From an uncultured Fidelibacterota bacterium (GTDB lineage: Bacteria > Fidelibacterota > Marinisomatia > Marinisomatales > Marinisomataceae): 64,000 nt of DNA. Of this stretch, positions 36,123-44,769 are shown piece by piece. The translations under genes were made by a program, and so were the position numbers. Below the pieces are notes generated by a model, which was given only the letters and a program-made list of their open reading frames with translations, had not been told where the DNA came from and made no database searches. The stretch spans positions 4,520-68,519 of the forward strand of contig CACNWW010000003.1 in assembly GCA_902624275.1 (NCBI GenBank), given 5' to 3'. Position 1 is the first letter of the stretch; each line of letters begins with the position of its first letter.

Positions 36123-36149
36123 AATTAACACTAATAAGATAAAAGTTTA

Positions 36150-36377
36150 TTAACCTCTACCTCTAGCCATAGGTGCGCGAGATACATCACCGTCTTTATC
36201 GATGAAGTATAGGTAACCACTTTCGCGTGTTACGCCTGCATCAGCAACTTTTTCAGCATTTCCGCCACCAGATCCGCCTCTTGACATTCCTGAGCGCCAT
36301 ACATTACCATCTTTACCTAAATAGTATAGATAACCTTTTTCTTTGCTAACACCACATGTTTTTACTTTTTCAGCCAT
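36150..36377 (-). CDS. Small (75 aa) internally duplicated protein of unknown function
   Basis: Two about 32-aa modules (aa 3-34 and 42-73, core GYLY[YF]xxKDGxVxR..M.RG) joined by a GGSGGGN linker. AAGGAG sits 6 nt upstream of the ATG, with its own promoter-like element and terminator. Visibly more GC-rich than its neighbours. Confidence 0.7.
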   Translation of the reverse strand: MAEKVKTCGVSKEKGYLYYLGKDGNVWRSGMSRGGSGGGNAEKVADAGVTRESGYLYFIDKDGDVSRAPMARGRG

Positions 36378-36419
36378 TTTATTCTCCTTAAAAAGTTTAG
36401 TGAATAAGCTTATTTTAAT

Positions 36420-36448
36420 ATTCTACTACTAAACTTGATTTTTTGCAA
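36420..36448 (-). promoter_or_regulatory. Sigma-70-like promoter for the 75-aa gene
   Basis: Minus strand TTGCAA (36448-36443), 17 nt spacer, TAGAAT (36425-36420), about 40 nt upstream of the ATG at 36377. Confidence 0.45.
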
Positions 36449-36528
36449 GATATTTCTCGTCGGAGACTCCTCGGAAAGATTTTACAAAAATGCTTTAAAA
36501 TTTTTATTAATTAGTTAAATTTGCGCAT

Positions 36529-36602
36529 GCCCCGGTAGCTCAGCTGGATAGAGCAACGGATTTCTAATCCGTAGGTCACAGGTTCGAATCCTGTCCGGGG
36601 TA
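36529..36602 (+). tRNA. tRNA-Arg (anticodon TCT)
   Basis: Acceptor gccccgg/ccggggt (1-72 reads as G-U), D arm gctc-agctggata-gagc, anticodon arm acgga-ttTCTaa-tccgt, T arm acagg-ttcgaat-cctgt. Confidence 0.9.
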
Positions 36603-36754
36603 CGACGACAAACTCCCCTTTTTACTCCTTTTTAAAACCTCAAAAAAAACAACAACAAAACAACAACAAAAATTATATAATATTTGTCTACGGAGCTGAA
36701 TCCGTTGCTTGGAATTAACATTTATTTTAAGGTTGAATTAACCTATATTTTTTT

Positions 36755-38440
36755 ATGAGAAAAATTTTATTTATAATCCCCTTCTTTTTATGGACTTGTT
36801 CTGAAGGACCTACTGAACCTAAAGCTCCATTAGCATATAATTTGTCCTTGACTACTAATGAAGACACTGCTTTAACATTTACATTTGAAGATATTTCTAA
36901 TTCATCTGCCATATCTATATCAAGTAACACAAAAAACGGGGTACTTACTCTTTCAGGTTCCTCTGCTACGTATACTCCCAACGATAACTTTAATGGAATT
37001 GATACATTTTCATATATTGTAGTTAATAATGGATTAAACAGTAATACTGCTGACGCTGAAATAATTGTTTTACCAGTAAATGATGCTCCAACTGCATACG
37101 ATAAAAATGGAATCAATGTTTATAATGAACAAACTATAGAAATTATTTTAGAAGCAGAGGATCTAGAAAATGATAACTTAAGTTTTGAAATTATTGATAA
37201 CCCTGAAAACGGAAGTGTGTACATAAATGGTAATATTGCAGTATTGAGTGCTCAAACTATAGGAAACGATTCTTTCACCTTTAGAGCAAATGATGGTGCT
37301 GTCAATAGTAATATCGCAACAATAACTTATGAAATTCTTAAACCAAGAGTGCTTTTTGGTGAAAACTATAGAGTTTTAGGAATTAATTTAAAAGATGATA
37401 ATTATGAAGTTATTGGAGGTAAAGATGGTAGTATTCTTAAAGTAATAATTGACTCCAATGGAGATATTTTAGAAAATAATTTTCTTTCAAGCTCTATTTC
37501 AAGTCCAGATTATCGAAGCTTTAAAAAAATAGATGGCAAATATGTCTTTCAACAAGATTATCCTCGAATCATTGAAAAGTTTGATAGTAATGGAGGCAGT
37601 GAATGGAATGACAAACCTTCTTCCTCGCATCACATTACATTATCTAAAGCATTTTCTGGTCATTACGCGTTTAATGGGACCATATATGCTGACAATGGAG
37701 TTCAAAAAAATGATTACTATTTTCACTGTGATGGAGAAAGTTCATATGGATGTGTACCTAGTACTTTTAATTCTACTAATATGAACAGAAATAGTGAAAA
37801 TATTTTTATTGGAGATAATAATGGAAGTATATCATTTGTTGTAGGTTCTCGAAATGGCTATTTAAATGCTGCAAGAATAGAATTTGGTGCTATAAATACT
37901 AATAATGAAATGAGAGTAGGATTAGTTTGGGGGTTAACTTTATTTACCCCTGAAGATGTTGGTGTAACTCACACATATATAAATAAACGTGTAACTTACA
38001 ATTCAGGTTATTTAAGAGTAATTGTAAAATTTCCTGATAGTGGTTTATATAAACAGTGGATAATGAATGATGATGGGGAAATCATTTTTGAGCAAAATCT
38101 TTATTCATCTAATGAACCTGGGCATACTGCGGATATGATAAATACTTTGGATTCAGGTTATATCATTTGTGGGAGATTGAGCATAGATCAACCTGCAGAT
38201 GAAGAGGAAGCTTTTCAAATGTCAATGAATTTATTAAAATTTGATTCAAATGGTAATTTGGAGTGGTCAAAAGAATTTCCTGATATTTTAAATAATCTCC
38301 AGCTATCTACTGAACAAAGATTTTTTATTGTTCAAAATTCAAATGGAGAATTTATTATCGCCATGAATATCTTTGATATTGATGAAAAAAGTAAAATTCT
38401 TGTTATGAAAACTGATAATAATGGTAATTTAATTTTTTAG
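36755..38440 (+). CDS. Probable surface lipoprotein: two cadherin-like (tandem-95-type) modules + beta-propeller-like repeat region
   Basis: 561 aa. Signal peptide with Cys (FFLWTCSEG). Modules contain TYTPNDNFNGIDTFSYIV...VLPVNDAPTA. The C-terminal half has recurring FDSNGxxEW-type motifs. Confidence 0.7.
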   Translation: MRKILFIIPFFLWTCSEGPTEPKAPLAYNLSLTTNEDTALTFTFEDISNSSAISISSNTKNGVLTLSGSSATYTPNDNFNGIDTFSYIVVNNGLNSNTADAEIIVLPVNDAPTAYDKNGINVYNEQTIEIILEAEDLENDNLSFEIIDNPENGSVYINGNIAVLSAQTIGNDSFTFRANDGAVNSNIATITYEILKPRVLFGENYRVLGINLKDDNYEVIGGKDGSILKVIIDSNGDILENNFLSSSISSPDYRSFKKIDGKYVFQQDYPRIIEKFDSNGGSEWNDKPSSSHHITLSKAFSGHYAFNGTIYADNGVQKNDYYFHCDGESSYGCVPSTFNSTNMNRNSENIFIGDNNGSISFVVGSRNGYLNAARIEFGAINTNNEMRVGLVWGLTLFTPEDVGVTHTYINKRVTYNSGYLRVIVKFPDSGLYKQWIMNDDGEIIFEQNLYSSNEPGHTADMINTLDSGYIICGRLSIDQPADEEEAFQMSMNLLKFDSNGNLEWSKEFPDILNNLQLSTEQRFFIVQNSNGEFIIAMNIFDIDEKSKILVMKTDNNGNLIF

Positions 38441-38478
38441 TAAAATATTCTTTAATTTTATTCTCAATAATACAATCA

Positions 38479-38522
38479 ATTTCTAATCCGTAGGTCACAG
38501 GTTCGAATCCTGTCCGAGGTAC
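38479..38522 (+). repeat. Direct repeat: non-functional copy of the 3' half of tRNA-Arg(TCT)
   Basis: atttctaatccgtaggtcacaggttcgaatcctgtccgAggtac matches 36560-36603 at 43 of 44 positions (G to A at 38517). No 5' half is present. Confidence 0.9.
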
Positions 38523-38589
38523 AATAAATCCTTCCTTTATTTCATTAAAACAATACTTTATATTTATATAAACTAATTAGGAGAGTAAT

Positions 38590-38871
38590 ATGAAATTAGA
38601 TATCAAGAGTTTTATAATCGGAATTTTAACAACGATTAACTTATTTTTACTAATGGGACTTGACGATCATGATGAAGAAAATCAAAATGGTAGATACCAA
38701 GTGATCATTGACAGCAAAGGTGATCAATATTGGTATGATACTCGTTATGGAGATAAAATTGCAATTGGTTCAAAATCTTATGGGTACATTTTACTTAAAG
38801 AAGAAGGTGGCATGAAAGAACGATTTGATAAAGAATTTGAACTAGTCGAAGCATTAAAAGAAATAGATTAA
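38590..38871 (+). CDS. Small membrane-anchored protein of unknown function
   Basis: 93 aa. AGGAG upstream, one N-terminal TM helix, an acidic DDHDEEN stretch. Its stop lies 1 nt before the next ATG. Confidence 0.55.
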   Translation: MKLDIKSFIIGILTTINLFLLMGLDDHDEENQNGRYQVIIDSKGDQYWYDTRYGDKIAIGSKSYGYILLKEEGGMKERFDKEFELVEALKEID

Positions 38872-38872
38872 G

Positions 38873-40924
38873 ATGAAGAAAATCTTATTAGTTCTTCCCT
38901 TGCTTTTGTGGGCTTGTAGTGGTGGTTCGGAAGAGCCAAAATTACCAACGGTACAAAATATCAACTTGACAACGCAAGAAGATACCCCAAAAACATTTGT
39001 GTTTTTAGGTACCGATCCTGAAAATCGTACGTTGAGTTATAGTATAAGCACTCCTCCTCAAAATGGATCAGTAGTCATTAATGGAGGTGCAGGAACTTAC
39101 ATCCCAAATGACAATTATTATGGAGATGATACCTTTCTATATGTCGCAGCTACATCAAAAGGAAATAGTAATATTGGAACGGTTCTAATATCAATTACTC
39201 CATCAGATGATAATCCAAATTCAAAGGATATGAATGTTATTTTAGATGAAGATATTATTACAGATATACAGCTCGACATTGATGAATACGATGGAGACCA
39301 GATTTCTGTTTCAATTATTGATCAACCACAAAATGGTAGTTTAGCACTTTCCGGATCAATTGCTACGTATACTCCAAATGAAAATTATTTTGGATCAGAT
39401 AGCTTTACTTATGAAGCTGTCGATTCTAATGAAAAAAGAATTCAAAATGTTGCTACAGTCACTTTAACTATTAACCCAATAAATGATCCACCAGAAGTAA
39501 AAACAATTAATTCATTTGCCTTTGTAAACGTAGCTAGGGAGATATTTCCAAACTTGAGTGATCCTGAAGGTGATAACGTTTCACTTTCAATATCAACTCA
39601 ACCTAATTATGGTAATGCTTCAGTAGCATCTGATAACTCAGGTAATTATTTTGTAATTTATGAAGCGACTAGCGGAGTTAATTTAGAAGATGAGCTAACA
39701 ATTATAGCTGATGACGGATACTCAAGCTCAGAAAGCACCATAAACCTTGATTTATTTAATACTGGAAATGTCATTAATAACTCAACCGGTATGAATTTTG
39801 ATTCATATATTGAATCAAAACAAAAGATTGATGGTAAACTTCAAACATCAATACTATCAGCTTCTTCAAATGGTGTTGGCGAAATAGGTTTGTTATCAAC
39901 AGATTTACTAGATCATCAATCATCATCACAATCCTACGAAGCAGGTGTAGATTTCACTCCTTATCATTATTATCAAAGTGCATATTTAGTGCCCAATAAT
40001 GGTGGAGCATACCGAATAGGATATTTTAAAATGGATAGCAGTAATAACAGTATGGATACATATGTATCTTATTTTGATAATAACGGTGATAAAATTTGGG
40101 AGCGTTACTTTAATGGCGAAGGGATGTATCTTGATTTATCTTACTATAACCCAAATGATAACGCTTCAAATCGATCAAAAACTGCTATTATTGATGATGA
40201 TAATTCAATTATTGTAGCTGTAAATGAATTTGCAATTGTAAAACTAAATCAATCGGGCGATATAGTTTGGCAGTTAAATGAAGACGCAAGATTTGATGCA
40301 TTTATTGAACACAGTGATGGAAATTATATTCTTGTTGATGCAGGCTATATTATTAAAATTGATTCTAGTGGTAATGTGATATCAAAGAATAATAGTGAAT
40401 CATTTTATCTACCGGGTATTGGAGTAGATGTTGTAGAAATATCTAACGGTGACATTGCAATTTTAATTGAATCAAATTTAAGTGACAGTTCAGGTGAAAC
40501 ATATGATCAGCCTGCAATTATTATATTTAATAGTAATTTAGATTTTATTACCAAAAAAATCCTTTATCCAATTGATGAATCTGTGAATGAAGGTTATGTT
40601 AATTTTCAATATCACGGTGGTATTGCTCAATCAAGTGATGGTGGGTTGATTATTTCTGGTCAGTATGACATCGAACACAATAACAATAGAAGAGCATTTA
40701 TTGTCAAACTTAATGCAAACTTTGATTATGAATGGGTTAGTACATTTGGTGGTGATCCTTACGCAAGTTTTAATGGTGGTTTGGATTATATTTATCCATT
40801 CTATGTCACGGAGCTAGATAATCAAAATATAAGAATTGGTAGTAAAGTTTGGGGTTGGACTGCAACTTATAGTTTCTTTTATTTTGATTTAGATAGTAAT
40901 GGAAATCGAATTTTATCAAATTGA
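38873..40924 (+). CDS. Probable surface lipoprotein, paralog of 36755-38440: three cadherin-like modules + beta-propeller-like repeat region
   Basis: 683 aa. Signal peptide with Cys (LLLWACSGG). Modules contain TYIPNDNYYGDDTFLY, TYTPNENYFGSDSFTYEA...INPINDPPE and DPEGDNVSLSI. C-terminal motifs include YFDNNGDKIWERYF, KLNQSGDIVWQL, KIDSSGNVI and DLDSNGNRI. Confidence 0.7.
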   Translation: MKKILLVLPLLLWACSGGSEEPKLPTVQNINLTTQEDTPKTFVFLGTDPENRTLSYSISTPPQNGSVVINGGAGTYIPNDNYYGDDTFLYVAATSKGNSNIGTVLISITPSDDNPNSKDMNVILDEDIITDIQLDIDEYDGDQISVSIIDQPQNGSLALSGSIATYTPNENYFGSDSFTYEAVDSNEKRIQNVATVTLTINPINDPPEVKTINSFAFVNVAREIFPNLSDPEGDNVSLSISTQPNYGNASVASDNSGNYFVIYEATSGVNLEDELTIIADDGYSSSESTINLDLFNTGNVINNSTGMNFDSYIESKQKIDGKLQTSILSASSNGVGEIGLLSTDLLDHQSSSQSYEAGVDFTPYHYYQSAYLVPNNGGAYRIGYFKMDSSNNSMDTYVSYFDNNGDKIWERYFNGEGMYLDLSYYNPNDNASNRSKTAIIDDDNSIIVAVNEFAIVKLNQSGDIVWQLNEDARFDAFIEHSDGNYILVDAGYIIKIDSSGNVISKNNSESFYLPGIGVDVVEISNGDIAILIESNLSDSSGETYDQPAIIIFNSNLDFITKKILYPIDESVNEGYVNFQYHGGIAQSSDGGLIISGQYDIEHNNNRRAFIVKLNANFDYEWVSTFGGDPYASFNGGLDYIYPFYVTELDNQNIRIGSKVWGWTATYSFFYFDLDSNGNRILSN

Positions 40925-40931
40925 TAAGAAT

Positions 40932-41795
40932 CTATTTTGATAAAAATTCTTTTACGAGAGTTTGCATTAAAAATCCTCCCTTTTCATTTAGATGGATATG
41001 ATCGCAAAGCAACTGTAGCTTATACTTTTCTCCGATCTTTGTCCAACTCCATCCAAAGATATAATAAAGCACAACTGCTCTAAGACCGCGTAATCTTCTC
41101 AGTTCAGAAGTAGTATAAGGTATGCTATCATTGCTATCTATTTGTTCTTTAAATTTTGAAAAGAGGTCTAGTATAAATAAATCATACTTTACGGCAATCG
41201 CTTTAATTATCTTATTATAACTCTTAATTACATTCATTATAGAAGCATCTTCTTGTTCCCCAAGCCAGGGAAGAGTTGTAATAGCAATCTTAGCACTGGT
41301 TTTTTCTTTAATTTCCTTCACAAAAATTTCAATCTGCTCTTCAAACCACTCGATTGAAGGAACTTTTGGAAGATTTTTTGTTTGAATATAATAATCCTGA
41401 ATTAATTTTACAGGCTGACTACCTATTGCATCATTGGTTCCAATTAAAATGGTAACATAATCTGGATTATGCTTAATAATATCATCAATTCTCTGATTTA
41501 AATTCCAAGTTAGATCCGCATTAATACCTGCATTGATATAAATCTTGGAATCATCATTCTTCCTTAAGTTACCCACCCAGTCATATCCAATATGACCATG
41601 AGTAATACTATCACCACAGCAAACAACTACGGGCTTATCATTATTTACAAGATAAACATTGTGAGCATCCATATCAGGAAGTTGCCAGGACTTTCGAATA
41701 ATTGGCAGTTTATATATATTCACTATTATTGTATTACGAAAAAAATATATCAGAGTAATCAATACGAAAAAAAATAATAGATACAAAAGCATCAT
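40932..41795 (-). CDS. SGNH/GDSL-family hydrolase, N-terminal TM anchor
   Basis: 287 aa. Block I VVCCGDSITHG, block III ILIGTNDA, block V DHIHLNEKG. Confidence 0.75.
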   Translation of the reverse strand: MMLLYLLFFFVLITLIYFFRNTIIVNIYKLPIIRKSWQLPDMDAHNVYLVNNDKPVVVCCGDSITHGHIGYDWVGNLRKNDDSKIYINAGINADLTWNLNQRIDDIIKHNPDYVTILIGTNDAIGSQPVKLIQDYYIQTKNLPKVPSIEWFEEQIEIFVKEIKEKTSAKIAITTLPWLGEQEDASIMNVIKSYNKIIKAIAVKYDLFILDLFSKFKEQIDSNDSIPYTTSELRRLRGLRAVVLYYIFGWSWTKIGEKYKLQLLCDHIHLNEKGGFLMQTLVKEFLSK

Positions 41796-41798
41796 TAT

Positions 41799-42785
41799 CT
41801 AAGAATTGATTTCAGGTAATTCAAATGCAACAACTCTAGCATCATTATCCACTGCATATAAATACCATTTACCATGCATATAAGCTGTAGTAATCCCATC
41901 AGTATAAGAAACATCATCTAAGTACATTGTAGTCATATATTCTAACGTTTTGCGATCATACAAATGAAAACGGTTATCAGTTTTACTTTGCTCAGTACAA
42001 ATCCAGTACCCACCATTATCTTTATTAGTTACTAAAGCAATGCCTTCGGGATCGTTTCCTCTATTAAAATTACCTAAATCTTCTTTTATAACTTCACCAC
42101 TAACCAAATCTAAGACCATAACCTTATGGTACTCTTTCATTTCCTCTGCTACTAGCAAAGTTTGATAATGTTTATCTGCTTTAATACTTTCTACTTGATA
42201 AAGCGTTGGGTTTCCTAGTACTGTAGCTTTACCCGTATGAAATTCTCCATTTTTAATGGTAAAATCCCAACCAAGAATTCGGTCCTCTCTTGGATTGTTA
42301 TATTCGTAGCTATCTGTAACCAAAACTTTATAGGAATTATTATCTTGCTGATAAAATGTAATACCATAAGGACTACGCAACTCATCATTTCCAAACGTTC
42401 CTAAAAACTCCATTGATGAATTAAATACAGCAACCTGTTTATTGTCTCTTTCTGTAACTAAAACAAATTGATCGTTTATTGTTGTGATTCCATTTGGAAA
42501 TGCATTATCTCGTTTAATTGATTTTTTAAACTCTCCATTCATTGCATTATATATATGGATTTCATTTTTATCCTTGACTGTGACAACAATAACATGTTTA
42601 CGCATAAGAAAACCAATGCTATCAATACCAGCCTCAGGAATTGAATCTGTTGCAAACATTTGGTTATACAAAATTATTTTATCAGGTTTTGTGCAACTAA
42701 AAAAAAGTAGAATAAAACTAGTAAATATAATTTGAAAAAATTTATTGGTCACTTTATCTACCATCATCATAGCCTTTATAATCAT
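41799..42785 (-). CDS. Beta-propeller lipoprotein, possibly beta-propeller-phytase (BPP)-like
   Basis: 328 aa. Signal peptide with Cys (LLFFSCTKP). By-eye resemblance to Bacillus-type phytase motifs (VESIKAD...LLVAEE, DPEGIAL, SYTDGI). The true start is probably an internal Met, because the first 32 nt overlap the upstream SDR gene. Confidence 0.4.
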   Translation of the reverse strand: MIIKAMMMVDKVTNKFFQIIFTSFILLFFSCTKPDKIILYNQMFATDSIPEAGIDSIGFLMRKHVIVVTVKDKNEIHIYNAMNGEFKKSIKRDNAFPNGITTINDQFVLVTERDNKQVAVFNSSMEFLGTFGNDELRSPYGITFYQQDNNSYKVLVTDSYEYNNPREDRILGWDFTIKNGEFHTGKATVLGNPTLYQVESIKADKHYQTLLVAEEMKEYHKVMVLDLVSGEVIKEDLGNFNRGNDPEGIALVTNKDNGGYWICTEQSKTDNRFHLYDRKTLEYMTTMYLDDVSYTDGITTAYMHGKWYLYAVDNDARVVAFELPEINS

Positions 42786-43587
42786 CCATCATATCATAAA
42801 GACCATAAAGACTACTTACTTTGATTAATAAGGAGCTTGGGAGCAAGGCTCTAAGCAAAACCACTTGGTTCATAATCCATGGAACTTTAGGAGAATGGAA
42901 TCCGAGCTTTATTGCACGATTTACAATGACTTTAGCTACTGCATCATGGCTCTTTACCCCTGGAGCTAATAACTGACCTAGAAAATTAAGCTTAGTTCCT
43001 TCAAATAATCCTTTCTTTAAAAAGTTTGGATGGATGGAAGAAAATCTTACACCCGACTTGCCCATCTTTTGTACTTCAAGCCTTAAAGATTCAGTAAGTC
43101 CTGCTACAGCCCATTTAGTAGCAGCATATACTGCTAACTTAGGTGCTCCTGTCATTGATGATGCAGAAGAAATATTAATAATATGGCCAGAATTTTTATC
43201 GAGCATAGCTGGCATAAATGCTCTTATGGTATATATCATTGATGTAAAGTTTACATTAATAAGGTTTTCAAGCTCTTCATCACTTCTATCCAACATATAT
43301 CCTGTATAAACGGTACCAGCATTATTAATTAGTATATCTAAACTACCAAACTTTTCTTTGATAATATTTGCATTGCTATATACTTGCTCTTTGTTTGTAA
43401 CATCACATATCTGTGAGAAAACATCGAATCCTTGCTCTTTAAAATTGTTAACAGTTTTGTTAAGGTCATCTTCCTTGAAATCCCAAAGAATTACTTTTCC
43501 ACCTTCATTTAGAATTCTTTGTGCAGTAGCTAAACCTATACCTTTAGCACCACCCGTAATAAGAGCAAGTTTATTTTTAAGATTCAT
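42754..43587 (-). CDS. Short-chain dehydrogenase/reductase (SDR)
   Basis: 277 aa. ITGGAKGIG, NNAG, YAATKWAV. Confidence 0.8.
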   Translation of the reverse strand: MNLKNKLALITGGAKGIGLATAQRILNEGGKVILWDFKEDDLNKTVNNFKEQGFDVFSQICDVTNKEQVYSNANIIKEKFGSLDILINNAGTVYTGYMLDRSDEELENLINVNFTSMIYTIRAFMPAMLDKNSGHIINISSASSMTGAPKLAVYAATKWAVAGLTESLRLEVQKMGKSGVRFSSIHPNFLKKGLFEGTKLNFLGQLLAPGVKSHDAVAKVIVNRAIKLGFHSPKVPWIMNQVVLLRALLPSSLLIKVSSLYGLYDMMDDYKGYDDGR

Positions 43588-43603
43588 ATGTTAAAATAAA
43601 ATA

Positions 43604-44578
43604 TTATAGACTGGAATACCATTGAATTCCATACGCTAAAGAAACGCTAATCATTAAGCCAAGCATTAATCTTAAGAAATCCATATAAAGCATTGGGAAA
43701 ATAGCTTTTTTGTGTCTGTCAGTATATGTCAATTTTCCATAACCAATTGATAGCCAAATACCTAGTTCTCTTCCGGCTAACATTCCCATAAATACAAAAG
43801 TTGTGCTCATAGGAATATTATTTACCTCTTTGAAATAATATAAAACAAAACAATAGACTAGATCAATTAGGGTAGCAGATCTAACATATCGAGTGTTCGT
43901 TTTAGATAAAACAATTTCTTGAATACGCCCACCTCGTTCATAAAACATAAATGCTAAACCTATTAACATTATTGAAACAACAAATAGCTGGAATTGAAAC
44001 GACTGCACCATACTATATCTTGGTAAAAAAATCATAATATTGGCTAAATCATGCTTTAGCCATGTTGACCACAACCATCCAGTAGTTAACCACTGAGCAA
44101 CTCTCCAATAATTATTGTATTTATTGTTACCTTTTTCCCCTTCATAAAGGAAATATTTACTGATGAGATACCATGAACCACATGCAAAAACAAATGAAAC
44201 AGCGTAACCAACAAAACTTTTAATCAGCATTTGCTCCATTACTATTGAGGTAGCAAAAACGGAAAGTACTAAGAATGTGGTAGATACTGGAATTTTTAAT
44301 CTGGTTAATGCCACTAAAACAAGCGGAGCTAATGCATGATACCATTGAATGGTAATTGGTTCAAATTTATCTAATCTTCCAAATGCTGGATCGTTTATTG
44401 AAAAGCCTTGAATCATAGTGAAAAGAAAAATGGAACCCATGTATCCAAACATCCAATACCACTTGATATCTCTATTTGATGAAATATACGTACCTAGAGT
44501 TTGAATACTATCATTTGCAGTTACAGCATACACCGCAAATAAAAAGCCCAATAAAGACCATAGTGTTAAAAAATCCAT
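43604..44578 (-). CDS. Polytopic membrane protein, divergent PiT (PHO4)-like phosphate permease
   Basis: 324 aa, about 9-10 TM helices. N-terminal TANDSIQTLGT resembles the GANDxxNxxGT signature. Two IP[VM]STTF motifs resemble PVSTTH. Confidence 0.45.
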   Translation of the reverse strand: MDFLTLWSLLGFLFAVYAVTANDSIQTLGTYISSNRDIKWYWMFGYMGSIFLFTMIQGFSINDPAFGRLDKFEPITIQWYHALAPLVLVALTRLKIPVSTTFLVLSVFATSIVMEQMLIKSFVGYAVSFVFACGSWYLISKYFLYEGEKGNNKYNNYWRVAQWLTTGWLWSTWLKHDLANIMIFLPRYSMVQSFQFQLFVVSIMLIGLAFMFYERGGRIQEIVLSKTNTRYVRSATLIDLVYCFVLYYFKEVNNIPMSTTFVFMGMLAGRELGIWLSIGYGKLTYTDRHKKAIFPMLYMDFLRLMLGLMISVSLAYGIQWYSSL

Positions 44579-44614
44579 TTTATTTATTTCCTTTTATTGA
44601 GCTAGACATGAAAG

Positions 44615-44687
44615 CTCCGGAGGAGGGACTCGAACCCCCGACCTGGTGATTAACAGTCACTCGCTCTACCAACTGAGCTACTCCGGA
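44615..44687 (-). tRNA. tRNA-Asn (anticodon GTT)
   Basis: Minus strand reads tccggag ta gctc-agttggta-gagc g agtga cTGTTaa tcacc aggtc ggggg-ttcgagt-ccctc ctccgga g. Confidence 0.9.
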
Positions 44688-44714
44688 AGATGGTAGAAAT
44701 TTTTAATATTATTA

Positions 44715-44748
44715 TCGAAAAAACAAGTATTATTACTTTTATTTTCGA
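44715..44748 (-). terminator. Possible weak A/T-rich terminator hairpin downstream of the TonB-dependent receptor
   Basis: 15-nt arms tcgaaaaaacaagta / tacttttattttcga pairing at 13 of 15 positions, with a 4-nt loop. No clean U-tract. Confidence 0.25.
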
Positions 44749-44769
44749 TTAGAATAATAATAACCAAAT

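Noticed and set aside
36461-36480. Short resemblance of ggagactcctcggaa to the tRNA-Asn 3' end (a possible second att scar)
   Set aside because: About 10 nt with a gap, which is too weak to distinguish from chance.
36727-37116. 129-aa minus-strand ORF
   Set aside because: It is antisense to the well-supported lipoprotein gene 36755-38440 and has no start context or recognisable features.
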